Positions 10,018 through 18,589 of a stretch of 64,000 bases of DNA are shown piece after piece. The DNA is from Candidatus Latescibacterota bacterium. Its GTDB lineage: Bacteria > Latescibacterota > UBA2968. The translations under genes were made by a program, and so were the position numbers. Below the pieces are notes generated by a model. It saw only the letters and a list, made by a program, of their open reading frames with translations. It was not told where the DNA came from and did no database searches. Location: assembly GCA_965222605.1 (NCBI GenBank), contig OZ244960.1, positions 3,104,001 through 3,168,000 on the forward strand. Direction: 5' to 3'. How positions within the stretch are numbered: position 1 is the first letter of the stretch; every line of letters begins with the position of its first letter.

Positions 10018-11087
10018 ATCCGTTGTCCAGTGAGCGGAACCTGAAACTTCGCACAGACCTGATTTTGAGAAATATTTTCAACTGTCAATTGCGTGGTGTT
10101 ACCAAATAAAAGGCGCAGACGTTCTCTGGTATTTTGCAGGCCAATGCCGTCATTTGTTGTGTTGTTTTTCATTTGACCGGTATTTACAATGCAGACCACC
10201 ATAACAGGTTGCTGGATGCCTGTTTGTGCGTCATTGCACGCGGATATGGTTGTCCGAATTGAGATTTCGCCACCATCTGGATGCTGTGCAATGCCGTGCC
10301 GAATAGCATTTTCGACCAGGGTCTGTATGGTCATCGGCGGGATCTCGACTTGTCGTGTTTCCGGTGCAATGTCAAACCGATAACGCAACCTGTCTTCCAA
10401 CTGGGTGGCTTCGAGCAGGAGATAGTTTTTCACAATTGCCAATTCCTCTTTCAACAGCACACTTCTGGTGTTGCTAACCCGTAGCGCGTATCGAAATAGC
10501 TCAGACAATTTTGAGATCATGTCGCGTGCTCGTGCGGGGTTTTCGATGACCAGAGCACGGATATTGTTGAGGCTGTTAAAAAGAAAATGGGGATTTATCT
10601 GGGCTTTTAGTGCCATCAATTCGGCTTCTTTAACCGCTGTTTGCAATTCCCATTTTTCGCGTTCTCCGCGTTTGGTTATGTCAAACATGGAGAACACGAC
10701 ATATAACAGCGACCATATCCAGAGGATAAAGTTCGTGTTGAGTATTTGCAGGCCATACAATTTCCAACTGAAATAATTCTCAACTATATAAAAATAACCA
10801 AGGAACTGAATACTCTGGCTGATAATCGCAATGACAAGATCGGCTATCAACACTCTGATAAACAGTTTCCATAAAGGCAGTGTGACCCAATGCCGCTTTT
10901 TGAATATGGTTCTGAGCAGGTGTGTCCACAACAAAAGTTGCACAGATCCAAAGATAGTGATCCCAAATGCTTGTGCCGTAACAGTCTGAAAAGCAAATAT
11001 GAAAACCGTGTTGAGCAGGCCGTATATTCCCCATCCCAAAATCTGACAGGTCCAATACGCTTTGCTGTGGTTTTTGATCTCAGACAT
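10014..11087 (-). CDS. LytS/YehU-family membrane histidine kinase
   Basis: TM N-terminus; LKAQINPHFLFNSLN, QTLVENAIRHG, GIGLQNTRERL. Confidence 0.95.
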   Translation of the reverse strand: MSEIKNHSKAYWTCQILGWGIYGLLNTVFIFAFQTVTAQAFGITIFGSVQLLLWTHLLRTIFKKRHWVTLPLWKLFIRVLIADLVIAIISQSIQFLGYFYIVENYFSWKLYGLQILNTNFILWIWSLLYVVFSMFDITKRGEREKWELQTAVKEAELMALKAQINPHFLFNSLNNIRALVIENPARARDMISKLSELFRYALRVSNTRSVLLKEELAIVKNYLLLEATQLEDRLRYRFDIAPETRQVEIPPMTIQTLVENAIRHGIAQHPDGGEISIRTTISACNDAQTGIQQPVMVVCIVNTGQMKNNTTNDGIGLQNTRERLRLLFGNTTQLTVENISQNQVCAKFQVPLTGQRI

Positions 11088-11094
11088 ATTGTAC

Positions 11095-12012
11095 TCACCT
11101 GAGAGTCTGGGGCGCAGTTGTTTTGTTAGAGAGGAACGAATCAATGGTTTTAAAGTAGCCCTCTGGATCGTCCCACATAATAAAATGTTTGCCAGTGTCC
11201 GTCATCCATATTTCGCAATTCTCAACATGAGCGTACTGTTTCTGATACATAGCCAGTGAACTTTCTCGCGTTGCGCCATGAGATTGACCCGAAACCCAGG
11301 CTCCCAATACCAGAACAGGGGTTTGTATTTTTTTGATCTCGGTTCGCAAGTCTGTCAAAAACATTTCGTACATTGCTTGTGCAACTGTGTTTGGGTCCGA
11401 AGATAGACTCCACACGACAGCCGTATCTATTTTTGCGGGATCTGTGATCATCATTTTGAGCATAGATGGTGTTGCTTTTTCTCTTTGTTCAGGTGTTTGA
11501 GAGCGTATCCAGGCGCGTGTTTGTTCTGCTGGTGCACGCATAAATTCAACTGTTGCGACCGGATTTTGTAATGCGGGCAAAAAGGGCACTGCATCGACAA
11601 TAATAAGTGATCCTACGCTTTCGGGTACGCTTGCAGCAACCCACAAAGATAGAAAACCACCCAAACTATGTCCTGCAAGGATTGGTTTTTTTAGATCGTT
11701 TTCCTGGATATATGCAATAAGCGCGTCTCTCATGGTTTGCAAATAATGTTCTGTTTGCACGGGGGGTTGTCCGGCAAATCCCGCGAGTGTAAAGACATGG
11801 CATTCAAAGCTATTCTGGTATCGGCTGACTGTTTCGCGCCAAACGTCTCCGGAAGAACTTAGACCAGGAATCAAAATCATCGGATGCCCGGACCCCGTTA
11901 TTTGTACTTTGAAAGGTTGTGCATTATCTGTCTGTGCAGATGCGGGAACTGGTGTTAAAAGCGCGAGGTAGAGTACACTAATTTGCAATATGATGTATTT
12001 CCATTTTGACAT
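11095..12012 (-). CDS. Secreted alpha/beta hydrolase
   Basis: Signal peptide ending ASA; GHSLGG nucleophile motif; GKHFIMWD catalytic His region. Confidence 0.9.
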   Translation of the reverse strand: MSKWKYIILQISVLYLALLTPVPASAQTDNAQPFKVQITGSGHPMILIPGLSSSGDVWRETVSRYQNSFECHVFTLAGFAGQPPVQTEHYLQTMRDALIAYIQENDLKKPILAGHSLGGFLSLWVAASVPESVGSLIIVDAVPFLPALQNPVATVEFMRAPAEQTRAWIRSQTPEQREKATPSMLKMMITDPAKIDTAVVWSLSSDPNTVAQAMYEMFLTDLRTEIKKIQTPVLVLGAWVSGQSHGATRESSLAMYQKQYAHVENCEIWMTDTGKHFIMWDDPEGYFKTIDSFLSNKTTAPQTLR

Positions 12013-12096
12013 GATATCCTCCTTTTGACGGTGAATACTTCTCTTTTGTGATCAATCAAAAGGTAGGCATCTATCGCGTTCTAAGAAGCAAAAGAT

Positions 12097-12135
12097 GATA
12101 AGCGGTTTAACAGGCGGATAAACGGTCAACAGGCG
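12097..12135 (-). promoter_or_regulatory. Probable LytTR binding direct repeat
   Basis: Minus-strand ACCGTTTATC and ACCGCTTATC, 20 bp apart, upstream of the hydrolase-LytS-LytTR operon; resembles AlgR-type ACCGTTCGTC. Confidence 0.6.
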
Positions 12136-12191
12136 TGATGGCGTATGCTGTTGAGATTCTTTCAGTTTCACATATCAATGGAGATCAAGGC

Positions 12192-12734
12192 ATGACGACT
12201 TTCTATCTTATTCGGCATGGAGAACCCATTTGGGATTTAGCTGCTGGTGGGAATCTCAAAGGCGCAGAGAAGGGTTGGGCAGCCCATATTATTCCGTTGA
12301 CCGATAAGGGGATCAGCCAGATTGAGAATGCTTCAAAATCCCTATCAACTGAAGGTCCTCAGATCGTTATTTCATCCCCAATGTCACGGGCGCTCCAATC
12401 GGCTGCTATACTCAGCCGAATACTCGATCTTCCGCTTCGAGTCGAGTTTGATCTGCACGAATGGATTTGCGGATGGCGCGATTCGATGGAGCTTGTCGGA
12501 GAAACAGAGGCAGAAATGCGTGAGTTGGGAGGTGAGTGGCCTATAGGAGAGACGAGAGATTGGGAGCCGATGTCCAGTGTGCGTGGTCGTGTTAGTCGCG
12601 TATTGGAACGATACCAGACCTTTCAGCGTGTTGTTGTCGTGTGTCATGAAATGGTCATCTTTTCGCTCACTGGAAAGAAGATGGGATATGCTGAATTTGT
12701 AAAGATAGATATGAGAACAGTGAATGGTTCATAG
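12192..12734 (+). CDS. Histidine phosphatase family protein
   Basis: YLIRHGE, ISSPMSRALQSA, DLHEW, VVVCH motifs. Confidence 0.9.
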   Translation: MTTFYLIRHGEPIWDLAAGGNLKGAEKGWAAHIIPLTDKGISQIENASKSLSTEGPQIVISSPMSRALQSAAILSRILDLPLRVEFDLHEWICGWRDSMELVGETEAEMRELGGEWPIGETRDWEPMSSVRGRVSRVLERYQTFQRVVVVCHEMVIFSLTGKKMGYAEFVKIDMRTVNGS

Positions 12735-12807
12735 CGAACGGGTATCTCGAGTGAGTAATTTGTTTCGGAGTTTTCTTGGGACTGGATGGCGTCTTTTAGG
12801 ATTCCTT

Positions 12808-13200
12808 TCACCCGGCTTCAACCTCTATCAGCAAATCCGCTGGAATACCCAGATGCGCTCGCAATGCGCCAATTTGTCGAATAGAGAGTGACCGAGTTCC
12901 TTCAAAAAATTCCGCTGTCTGACGGCGACTGCCCAGCCACTTTGCCAGATCCGCCCGGCAAAGTCCCTTCTGATCCAGCATAAAATCAACCACTTCCTGG
13001 GGTGTCGATTGCTCATAGGTCGGGAAATGCGTGTTTTCATAAGCCTGCACCAGTACAGACAAAAACTCCAGCCGCTCATACGCTTCTGATCCGGGCTGAG
13101 GGTCTGTGTCGAGAAGGGTATCGATTTCAGCGACAGCGATATCGTATTCTTCGTCGTTTCTCAATACATGAGGTTTGGTGAAATCGAGTATGTCAGCCAT
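12808..13200 (-). CDS. HigA-like HTH antitoxin (orphan)
   Basis: LEFLSVLVQAYE...FMLDQKGL...GTRSLS..QI..L...LGIPADLLI typical of HigA; no adjacent HigB. Confidence 0.8.
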   Translation of the reverse strand: MADILDFTKPHVLRNDEEYDIAVAEIDTLLDTDPQPGSEAYERLEFLSVLVQAYENTHFPTYEQSTPQEVVDFMLDQKGLCRADLAKWLGSRRQTAEFFEGTRSLSIRQIGALRAHLGIPADLLIEVEAG

Positions 13201-13224
13201 TGGGTACTCCTTTGACTGATCAGG

Positions 13225-13638
13225 TTATGTCGACTGTGCCTGGATAAGTTCCAGGTCGGGAATGTCGGAGAAATCGTGGTCGTCCGAGGCAAGCGGACAC
13301 TCCAGGAGTAGTGCGGTCGCAGCAACCCAGGCATCTCCCGTGTTTAGCCTGCGCCCCACACGCTCCCGTTCACTACGCAGATGTGCAGAGATACGAACCA
13401 GGTCAGAATTCGGCCACATAACCTCATACCGGTCAAGACTCTGCCTTAGAGCATTCTTGCGCCTGTCACCCCAGTTCCCTTTGTAGGCACCAAACCATAA
13501 CTCTTCCAGTGTCTGGAATGAAACGACTGCACGCCGTCCCACGATGCGCTCCCGGTAGTAGGTAGCCGATTCTACTCGGCGTATGAGTATTGAGACAACG
13601 CTGGTATCGAGGACTATAAGCGAAGGATTTGAAAGCAT
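13225..13638 (-). CDS. vapC: PIN/VapC ribonuclease toxin
   Basis: IVLDTSVVS, EEL, DAWVAATA, LASDDHDF acidic PIN motifs. Confidence 0.9.
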   Translation of the reverse strand: MLSNPSLIVLDTSVVSILIRRVESATYYRERIVGRRAVVSFQTLEELWFGAYKGNWGDRRKNALRQSLDRYEVMWPNSDLVRISAHLRSERERVGRRLNTGDAWVAATALLLECPLASDDHDFSDIPDLELIQAQST

Positions 13639-14303
13639 TAGACATCCCGTCCTTCACATATCGCGCGGTGGAAAGCCTCCCACTCTTCTTCCGTCAGGTC
13701 AATGGTAACGACTTTATCAGGGTCAAAAATCTTCGGATTGGGGTCGTTGCGAAATGCCTCGAGGTCAAACGGCTCTGACCATGATCGCGTGCCGGTTATC
13801 TGCTCTACGTAAATAATATCCCATTCGTCATTGTCGTTGAAGCGACCGCGGCCTCTGATCTCGACATACTGGGTCGCCAGCCGGCGCATGTCGTCATTCA
13901 GTGTGGGATCGAAACGCAACGGCACGATCCTTTGCGGGATGTAGTGCAACTCCGCCGTGCCGCAAGCCCAGTTCACTTCCATCAGTCGCCCTTCCACCAA
14001 TGCAGACTCGTCCAGGCCCATCGGCTTTGTTTCGCGCTGTCGCTTGTCAAGCCCCTGTCTTTGTACTGAGGGACGGCCTGCAAACAGTGCCTCAACACTG
14101 AGGTTTTCATTCAGGTCGGGCCACTGGATGCCGCCACTGGTACGTCGCCAGTTGCGTCTTTCTTTGGCGGTGGCGTGTGCGAGCCTGGGATACCATTTCA
14201 GGGGCACAGAGATGGTTCGCCCATCAGAGAGCACTGCCGTCAGCGTATCCTCGCTTACTTCCACACGCTCAGCCTGTGGCATATCAATTGTCGAGATATT
14301 CAT
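13638..14303 (-). CDS. DUF2442-like N-terminus fused to probable PIN-antitoxin C-terminal region
   Basis: LSDGRTISVPLKWYPRLAHAT...GIQWPDLNENLSVEAL is DUF2442-like; the remainder is unrelated and acidic, overlapping the PIN start; GGAG RBS. Confidence 0.7.
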   Translation of the reverse strand: MNISTIDMPQAERVEVSEDTLTAVLSDGRTISVPLKWYPRLAHATAKERRNWRRTSGGIQWPDLNENLSVEALFAGRPSVQRQGLDKRQRETKPMGLDESALVEGRLMEVNWACGTAELHYIPQRIVPLRFDPTLNDDMRRLATQYVEIRGRGRFNDNDEWDIIYVEQITGTRSWSEPFDLEAFRNDPNPKIFDPDKVVTIDLTEEEWEAFHRAICEGRDV

Positions 14304-14310
14304 CTCAGGC

Positions 14311-14467
14311 CTCCATCGTGTACAACTTCTCAGAAGTCCATTCGAGATCACTGGATCCGCATTTACAAATATCCGCAATTTAAGCGGAAAAACAAGGGTT
14401 TATAATGCGTATTTTTAATCTGAAAAGGAATTATATTTAAATCTGAAAGAGATAAGTAGTCCACTAA
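14311..14467 (-). promoter_or_regulatory. Shared TA leader/promoter repeat (copy 2, includes RBS)
   Basis: Matches 37820-37912 through the ATGGAG RBS and matches 9161-9258. Confidence 0.65.
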
Positions 14468-14533
14468 AATGGGTTAAGTCATCCTATAAGAAAGGTGGAG
14501 GTCCATTGGGCTGAGAAATCTCTCCCAAAAGAC

Positions 14534-14562
14534 TTGCATTATGACGCCCTGTAGCGTATCAT
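14534..14562 (+). promoter_or_regulatory. sigma70-like promoter
   Basis: TTGCAT-N17-TATCAT. Confidence 0.65.
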
Positions 14563-14626
14563 TGGTGTAAACAAGCAATAGAGACCTATTGTCAAAACCA
14601 ACTATTTTGCGTCAACTGAATTGATG

Positions 14627-14690
14627 GCGCGGGGGAGCTGCTATAGGAAAGATACATCTCCTATGGTAGATTGTCCGCGCTTTTTTTGTT
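14627..14690 (+). terminator. Long hairpin + U-tract upstream of EndoU gene
   Basis: GCGCGG..CTGCTATAGGA / TCCTATGGTAG..CCGCGC followed by TTTTTTT. Confidence 0.65.
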
Positions 14691-14775
14691 TTGGAGGCTC
14701 TTATGCCAGCGATGTCCTACCTACAGAGGCAGGTAGCACCGCCCGGACGTCGGCACTAACCCAGAGGAGAAAACC

Positions 14776-15858
14776 ATGTTTCGCTCAATATTTCTCGGAC
14801 TGTTGTTACCTCTCATTATTACTTTGCCGGTGCGATCTCAAGAACGTCAGTCAGCATCGTCTCGACTTGTTGACTTGACGAAGGATAATGTCTTTCAACG
14901 CATTTGGGATAGTGACGAGAACCAACTCTCTGTGAGTCGGCGCACAAAGACAGGGGAATGGGTAGATCCAGAGGCTGACATCCTGTTGGACGAGCAGGTG
15001 AGGGCATCGGGAGAACGGGCTATCGATTTGGCTACGCGCCCTTTGTTCCATAAGGTGAATGAAGGCAAGTTGTTCGATCCCAACCGAACTTATGTCAGTT
15101 TCATGAAGCTGTTGGATAACTATGCTATCCGCACTATAGATCCCGAGTTTACCACTGAAGAAGAAGAGGCCGAGCAACAGTATTTTTTATCGCAGATTCT
15201 CCAAACTCGACCCATGCAGATCGCCCGAAACTACATTAACCAGACTCTTGGAGAAAATTTGTCGGAGGCACAGTTTCGTCAGGTGCTCCATCGCTTGTGG
15301 TTTGAACTGTACACCAATCGCGGGACAATAGACTTCTGTTCTGGGTTTGAGCATGTCTTTGTTGGAGAGGGGAAATACAAACTGCGACAGGACAATAAAC
15401 GCGAGATTTTCGGTGACGTCTCGGGATACCATTCCTGGGTTAAGTTCTACCTCGACGAGAAGAATAAACGTGTCAACTTCTATGGCTATAATTACGATTC
15501 ACAAGGACCCATGAATCCCAATATGGTCACTTTACAGATGGTGAACACGGTGAGGGATACCCTGGGCAAGCCTATTGCGAAATTGTTTAAGAGGAAGAGT
15601 GGGTTTTTTGTCGGGTCGAGTCCCGAATGTGAAATGGCTATGGCTACGGTCGTCTTTTTCGAGAGTGTGCATGGCAAGATTAGTGACAAACGCCGGGTGA
15701 CGATCAATGGGGCGACTTACAATCTCGTGTTGTATCGCAGTACCAATTCCGATGGTAGCCGCGGAGATTTTATTCGATCATTCTATCCTATTTTCTTGGG
15801 ACTGGATGATGTCGAAAAATCAGATATAGATTTGCCTATTGACGAGGTCATGAAATAG
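14776..15858 (+). CDS. Secreted EndoU (XendoU/PP11-like) uridylate-specific endoribonuclease
   Basis: Signal peptide; LLDNY, LWFELY, SGFEHVFVGE, SGYHSWVKFYLDEK, K..GFFVGSSPECEMA motifs of the XendoU family; AGGAG RBS. Confidence 0.85.
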   Translation: MFRSIFLGLLLPLIITLPVRSQERQSASSRLVDLTKDNVFQRIWDSDENQLSVSRRTKTGEWVDPEADILLDEQVRASGERAIDLATRPLFHKVNEGKLFDPNRTYVSFMKLLDNYAIRTIDPEFTTEEEEAEQQYFLSQILQTRPMQIARNYINQTLGENLSEAQFRQVLHRLWFELYTNRGTIDFCSGFEHVFVGEGKYKLRQDNKREIFGDVSGYHSWVKFYLDEKNKRVNFYGYNYDSQGPMNPNMVTLQMVNTVRDTLGKPIAKLFKRKSGFFVGSSPECEMAMATVVFFESVHGKISDKRRVTINGATYNLVLYRSTNSDGSRGDFIRSFYPIFLGLDDVEKSDIDLPIDEVMK

Positions 15859-15865
15859 AAATGGC

Positions 15866-16034
15866 TCACTCATATCGCAGGGCATCTGCCGGTTTTGCGC
15901 GTGAGCAGAGGAAGGTCTTGGGAGAGGCAAATACCTGCAATCATTGTGATGATGTCTGTATCAACAATCAGGTGGGAAGTTGCCATTTTGACCACAGTTA
16001 ATTTCTTTGAGTCTCCCAATCGTCCAGATCCGAG
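15866..16034 (-). pseudogene. Fused remnant: antitoxin 3' end + deleted vapC + last codons of a permease
   Basis: 16034-15901 matches 37272-37427, including the same internal vapC deletion; 15902-15866 reads RAKPADALRYE*. Confidence 0.8.
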
Positions 16035-16115
16035 TGGTAAATATAGACTTTTTTTAGAACAGCAAGTTGCGTTTGGTCTTAGACCGTCGGTTTCCCAAGT
16101 GGGCGACCTGATAGC

Positions 16116-18518
16116 TCACTCATATCGCAGGGCATCCACGGGATTGGTGCGGGCGACTTTATAGGCTTGATAACTCACCGTGGTCAATGCGATAAATAAC
16201 GCGAGAAAACCACTCAGAACAAATGCCCATATATCCAGATCAATGCGATAGGCAAAATCCTGTAGCCACCTGTTCATTGCGTAATAGGCGATTGGCCAGG
16301 CGATAAGATTTGCAATGCCGACAAGTAATGCAAACTCTTTTGACAACATGAGCACGAGATTAGAAACCGATGCGCCCAATACTTTGCGGATGCCGATTTC
16401 TTTGATGCGCTGTTGTGCGGTGAAAGAGGCGAGTCCGAACAGTCCGAGGCTGGCGACAAAGATGGCGAGGATAGAGAAGAGGCTAAACAGAGTGCCGATC
16501 TGTTCTTCTGTGCGATACAGTTTGTCGTAGTCGTCGTCGAGAAAGAAATAGTCGAATGGCTTATTCGGCGCAATTTCCTTCCATTGTGTCTTCAAAAAAC
16601 CGAGTGTACCTGCGACATCATCGGAACGAATTCGGATAGCAAAATACTCAAACCACTTCTCAACCGTGGTGATAATTAGCGGTTCTATTTGATGATGCAG
16701 GGACTGATAATGAAAGTCTTTCACCACACCTACGACCTCTCCTCTATACTCTACCTTCACCTCACCACCCTGTGGCCATATATTTTCCACTTCCTTACCC
16801 GCACACGAAGTCCATCCAAAGTGTCGCATGGCGGCTTCATTCAGGATGAGTTCTCCCTCTCCGTCATTCATCATATCTTTTGAAAAGTCTCTACCTTCTA
16901 CAAGTTCAAGACCATAAGTCGAGATAAATTCGCGATCAACCACAATCTTGTTCATCGCGGAACGACCATGAGATGTGTCATCACCATGAGCGCGAAAAAA
17001 GCTACCGGCAACACGTCGGCCAGGCACACTTGAAGACTTCGAGGTGTTCAATACATTTGCATACCCCGACAATTGCGATTTATAACGCTCTGTCACACGC
17101 ATACCGGGATAGGGCATCACAATGACGTGTTCTTTATCGAAGCCAAGGTTCTTGTTTTTGATGTAATCCGATTGATGGTAAACGACAACTGTTCCAATAA
17201 TAAGAATGATTGAAATGACAAACTGAAATACGACGAGCGTTTTGCGGGAACTGGAGGTCTTCAATCCTCGCTTCAAGGTGCTTTTTAGCACCTCTACTGG
17301 CTGAAAAGCGGAGAGGAAAAAGGCGGGATAAATCCCAGAGAGCAGCCCTGCAAATAACACCACACCGAGCAAGGTCAACACGACATGCCAATTTCCCGTG
17401 TAATCCAATACCAATTCGCGCTGGATAAAGGCGTTGAATGAAGGGAGTGCGACTTCGACAAAAGCGATGGCAAAAGATAGGGCCAATAACGCCAGCAATA
17501 TGGATTCACCCATAAATTGACGGATTAGTTGCAGGCGGTTGGCGCCAACGACTTTTCTCATGCCGACCTCTTTTGTTCGAGTTGCTGAGCGAGCCGTGGA
17601 GAGGTTCATAAAATTGACACAGGCGAGTATGAGCACAAAAAGGGCAATGATGAGGAAAAGATAAACATAACGAATATCGCTGTTTTCACTCATTTCCGCT
17701 TCTAAACGGGAATGCAAATGAATATCGGTCAGGGGTTGTAGGAAGTAATCGATTTTAAAGCCTGTAGCTTTGCTTTGTCCACCTGTATGTGCCTCAATAA
17801 AGTCGGGCAATTTCGCTTCTAATTCACGAGCAGAATCACTTTGCTGAAGTAGCAAATAGGTATAAAAAACATTCGTTGTCCAATCTGGTTGATGATGGGA
17901 TATAGGAGACGCGAGAAAGTCGAATCGGAAATGAGAGTTGTGAACCGTGTCCTTCAAAACACCTGTCACCTTAAATGCTTTTTTTCTTTCCAATTCATAG
18001 AACGACAGGATTTGACCTATCGGGTTTTGTCCGCCAAAATACTTCTGAGCTACTGCTTCTGTAATCACAACAGAATGGGGCTCCAAAAATACTGTCTCTG
18101 GATCCCCCTTGCTGAGTGGAAAATTGAAGACTTGAAAAAAATTAGGATCGGTGAACCAAAGATTATCTTCAAAGAAGACCTGACCGTGTTGGTCCTCAAC
18201 AAGCGTTCTTGGATCGGTTCCCTCGAAAAACCGCACAGCCTCTATCACTTCGGGATAGTCTTTGACAAGTGCAGGTCCCATCGGAAATGGCGTGACCGGG
18301 GCTTGACGCAGGACCTCGCCGATTTTCACCTTTGCGGCAACCCGATAAATTCGATGCCCGTGTTCGTGGTGCTGGTCGTAGCTCATTTCGTATTGAACAT
18401 AGAGCAAAATGAGGATGCAACAGGCCATGCCAATTGCAAGGCCGAGGATGTTGATCGCAGAGAAGGTTTTGTTTCTGGCGATGTTGCGGACCGCAACTGT
18501 CAGATAATTTTTGATCAT
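16116..18518 (-). CDS. MacB/FtsX-type ABC permease, subfamily C
   Basis: 800 aa; paralog of 31719-34094; permease motifs. Confidence 0.95.
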   Translation of the reverse strand: MIKNYLTVAVRNIARNKTFSAINILGLAIGMACCILILLYVQYEMSYDQHHEHGHRIYRVAAKVKIGEVLRQAPVTPFPMGPALVKDYPEVIEAVRFFEGTDPRTLVEDQHGQVFFEDNLWFTDPNFFQVFNFPLSKGDPETVFLEPHSVVITEAVAQKYFGGQNPIGQILSFYELERKKAFKVTGVLKDTVHNSHFRFDFLASPISHHQPDWTTNVFYTYLLLQQSDSARELEAKLPDFIEAHTGGQSKATGFKIDYFLQPLTDIHLHSRLEAEMSENSDIRYVYLFLIIALFVLILACVNFMNLSTARSATRTKEVGMRKVVGANRLQLIRQFMGESILLALLALSFAIAFVEVALPSFNAFIQRELVLDYTGNWHVVLTLLGVVLFAGLLSGIYPAFFLSAFQPVEVLKSTLKRGLKTSSSRKTLVVFQFVISIILIIGTVVVYHQSDYIKNKNLGFDKEHVIVMPYPGMRVTERYKSQLSGYANVLNTSKSSSVPGRRVAGSFFRAHGDDTSHGRSAMNKIVVDREFISTYGLELVEGRDFSKDMMNDGEGELILNEAAMRHFGWTSCAGKEVENIWPQGGEVKVEYRGEVVGVVKDFHYQSLHHQIEPLIITTVEKWFEYFAIRIRSDDVAGTLGFLKTQWKEIAPNKPFDYFFLDDDYDKLYRTEEQIGTLFSLFSILAIFVASLGLFGLASFTAQQRIKEIGIRKVLGASVSNLVLMLSKEFALLVGIANLIAWPIAYYAMNRWLQDFAYRIDLDIWAFVLSGFLALFIALTTVSYQAYKVARTNPVDALRYE

Positions 18519-18589
18519 GATTTTATCACCTGTTCCATCCTGTTATCTCGTAGCAAGCCATCAGTCCAACCAGCCCCCAGCCCCCATTT

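Noticed and set aside
8300-16034. Integron cassette array
   Set aside because: No integrase and no convincing attC palindromes between the small genes.
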